Origin: Pirellulales bacterium
GTDB taxonomy: Bacteria > Planctomycetota > Planctomycetia > Pirellulales > UBA1268
NCBI GenBank assembly: GCA_044346795.1
Contig: JBIIYN010000001.1
Location: 1 to 38,895 of the forward strand
Direction: 5' to 3'
Length of the DNA: 38,895 nt
Under the pieces are notes generated by a model. It was given only the letters and a program-made list of their open reading frames with translations. It did no database searches and was not told the origin of the DNA. Both the position numbers and the translations under genes were made by a program. Of the stretch, positions 1 to 6,474 are shown in pieces (the first letter of the stretch is position 1; the number at the start of each line of letters is the position of its first letter).

Positions 1-170
1 CGGCGTTCACAACCGCCGCCAGCCCCGAAGCGCACGACGGCGGGCCGGCGAGTGTTCGAGTTCCTCGATCAGCGATCTCGTCAGAGAAGGGGCTTGCTGC
101 GACGCTCGCTCGAGGTGAACGACGTGCTTCCTGACTCGCTCGTCCGCCGAGCAGGGTTTTCAGCCACAGC

Positions 171-1571
171 CTAAAACAATTCGTCGATCGGCCGGCCGAA
201 CGGGAGCACGGGATGGGGCCGCCCGGTGTGGTCGTTGTAGGAGATGGTCGTATCGACGCCCAGATGGCGGTACATCGTCGCCAGGACGTCCTGCGGGTGC
301 TTGGGGTTTTCCTTGACGTGGGCGGCGTGCGAATCGGTGGCGCCGATGGCGCGGCCGCCCTGCACGCCGCCTCCCGCGAACGCGGCGCTGAACGCGCTCA
401 TCCAGTGGTCGCGGCCGGCCGTCGCGTTCACCCGCGGCGTGCGTCCATGCTCGCCCCAGGCGACGACGAGCGTGGTTTCCAGGAGCCCCCGCTCCTGCAG
501 GTCGTTGATGAGCGCCGAATAGGCCTGGTCGAAGGGCGGCAGGAAACCGTTCTTGAGCGACCAGAAGTTGTCGTCGTGCGTGTCCCACCACCGCAGGTCG
601 ACCGTCACCAGCCGCACGCCCGCCTCCACCAGCCGCCGGGCGAGCAACAGCCGCTGGTTCCAGCCGGGATTGTCGCCACCCGCCCGCATCCTCGCGCGGT
701 ACTGGGGCGGGTAGCCGTAGCGGTCCCGGACGGCCTGCGGCTCCGAGTCGATATCGAACGCGTGGCGGACCCGGGAGCCGGTGATGATCTCCCACGCCTG
801 CTGCTGGTAGGCGTCCATCGACTCGAGCATTCCCGACTTGTCCACATCGCGGCGGATCGTGTCGAGCGACCCGAGCAGCGAGCGGCGGCCGGCCATCCGT
901 TCCCCGGTGGTCAGGCCCTCGGGCGGAGACAGGTTTGGCACCAAGAACCGCTGGCCTTTGGCGGCCGGATCGGCCAACGTCTCGAAGGGCTCGCTCGCGG
1001 CGCCAAGATAGGCGGACCCAGTCCCGGGGATCTTTCGTGGCACCATCACGTAGGCGAACATCTCCCGGTCGAGCGGCTGCAACTGGCGGGATACGACCGA
1101 GCCGATGCTCGGCGCGACGTTCTTGTTCTCATCCGTGCCGGGCGGATAGCCGGTGAACACGACCTGGTCGCCCCGCGAGTGGCTCACGTCGCCGTATTCC
1201 TTCGGATGCTGCAGGCTGCGGACGATCGACCACTTGTTCATGATCGCGGCGGTTTTCGGCAGCAGTTCGCAGATCTGGATTCCCGGCACGTTGGTCGGGA
1301 TCGGCTTGAACTCGCCGCGAATCTCCACCGGGGCCTCGGGCTTCATGTCCCAGGTTTCGAGCTGGCTCGGCCCACCCCGCATGTGCAGGAGGATCACCGA
1401 GTTGCCCTGCTTGCTCCCCGCGGGCGAATCGGCCACCGCCGTGCTACGAAGCAGGTTCGGCAGCGTCAGGCCGCCCGCCCCGATCATCCCCCACTTGATC
1501 AACCCGCGGCGGTCGGTGAGCCCGCCCCCCAGGGTCCGGCAACTGGAGAGTTCTTCTGGCTGTCGCCGCAT
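171..1571 (-). CDS. DUF1501 domain protein (alkaline-phosphatase/sulfatase-like superfamily, Tat-type signal), 466 aa
   Basis: This is the C-terminal 466 codons of the run-on ORF 171..3569. ATG at 1569-1571 is preceded by GGAGA. A twin-arginine-like N-terminus (LTDRRGLIKWG..GGLTLPNLL) is followed by GGPSQLETWDMKP, EIRGEFKPIPTNVPGIQICE, WDTHDDNF and WGEHGRTPRVN..AGRDHW blocks typical of DUF1501. Confidence 0.9.
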   Translation of the reverse strand: MRRQPEELSSCRTLGGGLTDRRGLIKWGMIGAGGLTLPNLLRSTAVADSPAGSKQGNSVILLHMRGGPSQLETWDMKPEAPVEIRGEFKPIPTNVPGIQICELLPKTAAIMNKWSIVRSLQHPKEYGDVSHSRGDQVVFTGYPPGTDENKNVAPSIGSVVSRQLQPLDREMFAYVMVPRKIPGTGSAYLGAASEPFETLADPAAKGQRFLVPNLSPPEGLTTGERMAGRRSLLGSLDTIRRDVDKSGMLESMDAYQQQAWEIITGSRVRHAFDIDSEPQAVRDRYGYPPQYRARMRAGGDNPGWNQRLLLARRLVEAGVRLVTVDLRWWDTHDDNFWSLKNGFLPPFDQAYSALINDLQERGLLETTLVVAWGEHGRTPRVNATAGRDHWMSAFSAAFAGGGVQGGRAIGATDSHAAHVKENPKHPQDVLATMYRHLGVDTTISYNDHTGRPHPVLPFGRPIDELF

Positions 1572-1946
1572 GGTCGTCTCCTTTTCCCCGGCTGTGAGAC
1601 CCCACTGTGAGACACTGCGGGTGCACGCGGGCTCTGTCTTGGAATGACTGAACACTTCGATCGGTTTCGTCCAACACCGAGATTGCGGATCGTTGGCGGA
1701 AATGCGGCCTTTTCGCCAGCCGCTGCCCCGGAGCCGTTGCTGCCTCGCCAGAAGACCCAGTTTTCCCTCTTTCCTGGTCCTCCCCGGCCCCCGTGCCACC
1801 ATGCCCCGGAAGCCGGCCAGAGCGGACGCCCGACGGTGCCGGATCGGCAGGTCGCCTCGCCAGCCGATAGTATACTCTGGCGGCGGTCGGCGGCGGGCCG
1901 CCCGTGGGCCGCCCGAAAGCCTCTCGCCCTCCCGGGAGATGCCCCC

Positions 1947-3326
1947 ATGCTCTCGATCTTCGGCGGCAGCCAAAACCTCTGCGGCGGTCTCACCCGGCGC
2001 GACTTTCTCACGATCGGTGGCCTCTCCTTCGGCATGGGAGGGCTGTCGCTGGCCTCGATTCTGCGGGCGGAAAACGCTCCTGCCGCCGAATCTGGCCCGA
2101 AGGGCACTCCGGCCACCGGCGGCTCCCGGCGGCACAAGTCGCTCATCAACATCTTCCTGGCGGGTGGTCCGCCGCATCAGGACCTCTGGGATCTCAAGCC
2201 CGCGGCCCCGAGCGAGATCCGCGGGGAGTTCCGACCCATCGGCACCAACGTGGCGGGCATCGAGATCTGCGAGGTGTTCGGAAGGCTCGCCAGGCGGATG
2301 GACCGCTGCGCCGTCATCCGCTCGGTCGTCGGCTGCGAGGGCGCCCATGCCAGCCACCAGTGCATGACCGGCTGGCCCGAGAGCAGCCTTCGCACGATCG
2401 GCGGCCGACCCTCGATCGGAGCGGCGGTCGCGAAGCTCGCGGGCCCCGTCGATCCGTCGGTGCCGCCATTCGTCGGAATGGCGGCCCGCACGAAGCATGT
2501 GCCCTGGAGCGATTCGGGCACGGCCGGCTTCCTCGGCCCCGCCTACGCCCCCTTCAAGCCCGACGGCCAGGGCCTGGAAAACATGACGCTCAAATCGCTC
2601 TCGCTCGAGCGGCTCTCGGACCGCCGCCGGCTCCTCTCGGGGCTCGACCGGCTCCGCCGAGACGTCGATGCCTCCGGCATGCTCGAGGGGATGGACAGCT
2701 TCGGCCAGCGCGCCTTCGACGTGCTCACCGGCAGCCGGCTGCTGGAGGCGATGGACCTGTCGAAGGAAGACCCGAAGATCCGCGAGGCCTACGGCGACGG
2801 CAAGCCCTACCGGTTTCAGTACGACGGGGCGCCCACCTGCAACGACCACTTGCTGATCGCCCGCAGGCTGATCGAGGCGGGCGTGCGGGTGGTGAGCCTG
2901 AGCTTCGGCCGCTGGGACAGCCATGGCCAGAATTTCGATCTCGTCCGCGACCACGGCTCGAAACTCGACCAGTGCCTCTCGGCCCTCCTCGACGACCTCG
3001 AGGGCCGCGGCATGCTCGGCGATGTCGCCATCGTGGTCTGGGGGGAGTTCGGACGCACGCCGAAAATCAATCCCCAGGCCGGCCGGGACCACTGGCCGCA
3101 GGTGAGCACGGCCCTGCTGGCCGGGGGCGGCCTGCGGACCGGTCAGGTGATCGGCGCCACCAATCGTCTCGGCGAGCATGCCACCGACCGGCCGGTGCAC
3201 ATGCAGGAGATCACCGCCACGCTCTACCACGCCCTGGGCATCACCACCGCCGACACGACGCTGGTCGACATGACCGGCCGCCCGCAATACCTCGTCGACC
3301 GCCAGCCGATCGTCGAGCTCATCTGA
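1947..3326 (+). CDS. DUF1501 domain protein, 459 aa
   Basis: In frame with ORF 1644..3326. ATG at 1947 lies 7 nt after GGGAGA. N-terminus MLSIFGGSQNLCGGLTRRDFLTIGG (Tat-like), then LAGGPPHQDLWDLKP, EIRGEFRPIGTNVAGIEICE, WDSHGQNF, WGEFGRTPKIN..AGRDHW and ATNRLGE. Confidence 0.9.
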   Translation: MLSIFGGSQNLCGGLTRRDFLTIGGLSFGMGGLSLASILRAENAPAAESGPKGTPATGGSRRHKSLINIFLAGGPPHQDLWDLKPAAPSEIRGEFRPIGTNVAGIEICEVFGRLARRMDRCAVIRSVVGCEGAHASHQCMTGWPESSLRTIGGRPSIGAAVAKLAGPVDPSVPPFVGMAARTKHVPWSDSGTAGFLGPAYAPFKPDGQGLENMTLKSLSLERLSDRRRLLSGLDRLRRDVDASGMLEGMDSFGQRAFDVLTGSRLLEAMDLSKEDPKIREAYGDGKPYRFQYDGAPTCNDHLLIARRLIEAGVRVVSLSFGRWDSHGQNFDLVRDHGSKLDQCLSALLDDLEGRGMLGDVAIVVWGEFGRTPKINPQAGRDHWPQVSTALLAGGGLRTGQVIGATNRLGEHATDRPVHMQEITATLYHALGITTADTTLVDMTGRPQYLVDRQPIVELI

Positions 3327-3375
3327 CGGATCACGGCACTCGTCCGCCGCGCAGGCGCCGAGCTGATGGCAGGGC

Positions 3376-6300
3376 TCAGGGTGCCGGCGAGGGCTCGATG
3401 GTGTGCAGCGGCTCCGGCCTGGCGACGTTCCAGATGCGCAGCCGGCCGTCCTGACCGCCTGCCGCGACCGTCGGCCCGACGACCGCCAACGAGTGCACGA
3501 AGTCGCCGGCGCCCGTGAGCTGGCGGACAGCGGCACCGCTGGCCGCATTGAAGACACGGACGGTCGCATCGCCCGAGGAGGCGACGATTTCGTCCCCCTC
3601 CCCGATGAACCGCACGCTCGTCACCTCGCGGCCCGGCCCGGTGATCGTGCGTTGCTGCTCACCCAAGGACACGTCCCAAACCTTCACCACGTTGTCGCCG
3701 CCGCCGCTCACCAGCCGGCGACCGTGCGCCTGCCAGGCCACGCCCAGGACGTGACCGGTGTGCCCCTCGAAGGATCGCTCGGTCTTCCCGTCGGCGATCA
3801 GGTGGATTTTCGCGAAGCGGTCGGTGCCGCCCGAGGCGAGTCGGTCTCCCGTCCGCGAGAAGGCGACCGCCACGACGGTGTCGGAGTGGGGCTGCGGGAT
3901 CGACCGGGCGAGCGTGCCGTCGGCCGTCCTCCAGAGCTTGATCTCGCCGGAACGGCTGGCCAGTCCGCTGCCGGAGGCGAGCAGGCTGCCGTCGGGGGAG
4001 AAGGCGAGCGCCAGCACGGCGTCGATCGGCGGACCGGTCGGATCGTCATCGGCCGCCGGGGGCGTCTTCTCCCCGCCGATCGTGCGGACGAGGCTCCACT
4101 GCTCGCGGACGTCGGTGACCGTGGCGGCGGCCGGCCCGCCCGCGACCACCAAGCGGCCGTCGCCGATCAACGCGAGTCCTGCCGCCTGCGCCGCCACGGC
4201 TACGCTCCGCCGCGGCTGGCCATCCTGTGCTCCCGCGAAAACAGCCCAGCCGGTCGGATCGAGCGCCACGAGGCCCGAGGCATCGGCCGCGAACGCCACG
4301 GCGATGAAGGGGCGGGCCGAGGCGTTTCGCTCGGCATCGATCCCCACCCGTTCGGTCTCGGCCGTCTTGAGGCGTCCCTCCATCGCGGCGAGATCCGCCT
4401 GACGGGCGGGAACCGCCTCGTCGGCCCGCTTCACCTCGGCGGCGGCGAACTCGCCATCCCGCTTGGCGCTGTCGATGCCGGTGCGGGCCTTGGCGAGCGG
4501 CTCGTCGGCGGCCGCCTGGGCCTTCACCTTCTCGGCCGCCTTCGTCGCAAGATCGGTGGCCTTGGCCTTCAACTTCTCGACATGCTGGCGTGCCTGCGCG
4601 ACGGCCTGATCGGCGGCGGTCTTCGCGGCGGAAGCGGCGGCCGATGCCGCCTGCAGTGTTTTATTGGTCTCGGCCGCGTCGGCATTGCCTTCGGCAACCT
4701 TCGCGAAGGCCGCGGCCGCCGCGGCGGCGGCATCGGCCCCGGCAGCCGCCGATGCGGCGGCCTTTGTGGCGACCTCGACGGCCGCTTCCGCCAGCGGCAC
4801 GGCGGCCGCGGCGATGGCGGAAAGCCTGTCGGCCTCGTCGCGGGCGGTCTTCGCGGCCTTGGCGGCCTCGTCCGTCTCCTTGAAGGTCTTCTCGGCTGCG
4901 GCGAGCTTCTCGCCGGCCTTCTTCACCTCTTCGGCGGCCGTGCCCTTGGCCTTCTCGGCGGCGGCCACTTGCGCCTTGGCAAACTCCACATCCTGCTTGA
5001 GGACGGCGATGTCGGCATCCCGGGCGGCGAGCCGGTTGGCAATGCGATGGTCGCCAACAGCGTGCAGGATCATCGCTCCGCCGGCGGCGTTCCAGAGCTT
5101 GAAGCCCGGGAGGGTACCGACGGATGCCAGCCGGCTGCCGTCGGGGCTGACGGCGATGCCCGCCACTGCGCCGCCGTGGGCGAACTGCCGCACGACACCG
5201 CCGTTTTCCAGATTCCACAGCCGCACGACGCCATCCCCGCAGCCCGCCACGACATGGCCGGACACGGCAGGCATCTCGACCAGGCCCACCAACGGCTGGG
5301 GGGCGCCGGCGATCTCCTTGGTCGGCCGGGCGGCCGCGGGATCGGCCGCGGCCTCCGCCAGCGGCAGTTCCCAGACCCGCAGCACGTTGTCGGCCTCCGC
5401 CGTCACGAGGCGGGTGCCGCCGTTCACGACGGCGAGCGACCGCACCTCACGGGGGCGGACGAGCCGCCCCAGCGCCGCGCCGTCGGCCAGCCGCCAGGCG
5501 GTGACGACGTTGTCCTTCGTGGCGGCGAACAGGCTGCCGCCATCCGGCGCCATCGCCGCGGCCATGACGGGCTGCCCCGGCATGCCGATGAGCCTCCTGG
5601 CCGACTCGGGCTCCGGGGCCGCCGCATCGACCACGGCGAGGCGGCCGTCGGGCAGCCCCAGCACGACCATGCCGCCGTTGGCCGCCCGGGCCAGGAGCGT
5701 GGCTCCCGCAGTGTCGGGCAGTTCGGCGATCCTTCGCGGCTCGGCCCGCTTCCAGATCTTGATCGTGCGGAACGATCCCGTTGCGAGCAGATCCTCGGCG
5801 GGTGAAAAAGCCAAGGCCGAGACCGTGTCGGCATGGGCGAGATCGGGTGCGAAGTCTGCCAGACCCGGATCGACCAGTGTCGTGAGGCCCCGACCGGAGA
5901 GCGTGTCGAAGAGGCTGACCCGCCCGGCCCGGGCAGCGGCCGTCATCCGGCCATCGGCCGACATCGCCACGGCGATGACGCCGCCGGTTCCCTTGGGCAA
6001 CGGCCGCCATTGGATCGGTTTGGCGACCACCGCCGCCGCCTTCGCCCCCTCGGCGATCCAGCGCTCGAGCAGGCCGAGCTGCTCGGGCGAGAGATTCTTC
6101 GCCCCCACCGAGTTGGACGGGGGCGGCATGAAATCCTCCTGTCGATGGCTCGCCCGCAGGAAGAGCACGCTCTCCGCGGGCTTGCCCGCCACCACCGACG
6201 GCCCCGAGTCGCCACCGGCGAGGATGCGATCGAGGGAATCCATCGAGAGCCCCCCCTCCCGCACCTTCTGGTTGTGGCAGGCGGTGCAGTTCGCCGCGAG

Positions 6301-6474
6301 CATCGGCAACACCTCATCCACGAAGCGGACGGGATCCTGGCGGGCGGGAACCGCGATCGGAAGGCCCTCTGCGGCGGCCGGCCGCAGGCCGATGGCAAGC
6401 AGCAGGCAGATCGACAGGCTCCCGGCGTTCGTCGTCGCCCGCGGGCTCCCGATATTCTTGATGCCACGGGTCAT
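3376..6474 (-). CDS. Secreted PSCyt1 (CxxCH) domain + WD40 beta-propeller protein with central Ala-rich coiled coil, 1032 aa (cassette arm A, gene 3)
   Basis: Full-length ORF. ATG 6472-6474 overlaps the upstream stop (ATGA). Hydrophobic N-terminus, then a PSCyt1 block with NCTACHN (CxxCH codons 6274-6288) and GDSGP..GKPAES. WD40-like blades (LATGSFRTIKIWK, GCGDGVVRLWN, LASGGTDRFAKIHL, GGDNVVKVWD, GQDGRLRIWN) lie on both sides of a ~240-aa Ala/Lys/Glu-rich segment. Confidence 0.9.
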   Translation of the reverse strand: MTRGIKNIGSPRATTNAGSLSICLLLAIGLRPAAAEGLPIAVPARQDPVRFVDEVLPMLAANCTACHNQKVREGGLSMDSLDRILAGGDSGPSVVAGKPAESVLFLRASHRQEDFMPPPSNSVGAKNLSPEQLGLLERWIAEGAKAAAVVAKPIQWRPLPKGTGGVIAVAMSADGRMTAAARAGRVSLFDTLSGRGLTTLVDPGLADFAPDLAHADTVSALAFSPAEDLLATGSFRTIKIWKRAEPRRIAELPDTAGATLLARAANGGMVVLGLPDGRLAVVDAAAPEPESARRLIGMPGQPVMAAAMAPDGGSLFAATKDNVVTAWRLADGAALGRLVRPREVRSLAVVNGGTRLVTAEADNVLRVWELPLAEAAADPAAARPTKEIAGAPQPLVGLVEMPAVSGHVVAGCGDGVVRLWNLENGGVVRQFAHGGAVAGIAVSPDGSRLASVGTLPGFKLWNAAGGAMILHAVGDHRIANRLAARDADIAVLKQDVEFAKAQVAAAEKAKGTAAEEVKKAGEKLAAAEKTFKETDEAAKAAKTARDEADRLSAIAAAAVPLAEAAVEVATKAAASAAAGADAAAAAAAAFAKVAEGNADAAETNKTLQAASAAASAAKTAADQAVAQARQHVEKLKAKATDLATKAAEKVKAQAAADEPLAKARTGIDSAKRDGEFAAAEVKRADEAVPARQADLAAMEGRLKTAETERVGIDAERNASARPFIAVAFAADASGLVALDPTGWAVFAGAQDGQPRRSVAVAAQAAGLALIGDGRLVVAGGPAAATVTDVREQWSLVRTIGGEKTPPAADDDPTGPPIDAVLALAFSPDGSLLASGSGLASRSGEIKLWRTADGTLARSIPQPHSDTVVAVAFSRTGDRLASGGTDRFAKIHLIADGKTERSFEGHTGHVLGVAWQAHGRRLVSGGGDNVVKVWDVSLGEQQRTITGPGREVTSVRFIGEGDEIVASSGDATVRVFNAASGAAVRQLTGAGDFVHSLAVVGPTVAAGGQDGRLRIWNVARPEPLHTIEPSPAP
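4320..5050 (-). other. Ala/Lys/Glu-rich coiled-coil-like coding segment splitting the WD40 blocks (arm A)
   Basis: Encodes ..RLAARDADIAVLKQDVEFAKAQVAAAEKAKGTAAEEVKKAGEKLAAAEKTFKETDEAAKAAK....RQADLAAMEGRLKTAETER.. with no WD40-like blades. Coordinates are approximate. Confidence 0.7.

Noticed and set aside
1869-1876. The palindrome AGTATACT / TATACT about 70 nt upstream of the DUF1501 gene at 1947, considered as a -10 element or operator.
   Set aside because: There is no acceptable -35 at 16-18 nt spacing and no second half-site. A single hexamer match is not evidence.
3327-3375. Intrinsic terminators in the short convergent gaps 3327-3375 and 24521-24556.
   Set aside because: I could not find a stable stem-loop followed by a T-run on either strand.
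1572-3569. The N-terminal 666 residues of the 1132-aa ORF 171-3569, and likewise the N-terminal 580 residues of the 980-aa ORF 24557-27499.
   Set aside because: These are run-on reading through upstream DNA and through genes on the other strand. Homology-like sequence begins only at the internal ATGs (1571 and 25759), each with its own ribosome-binding site and signal peptide.
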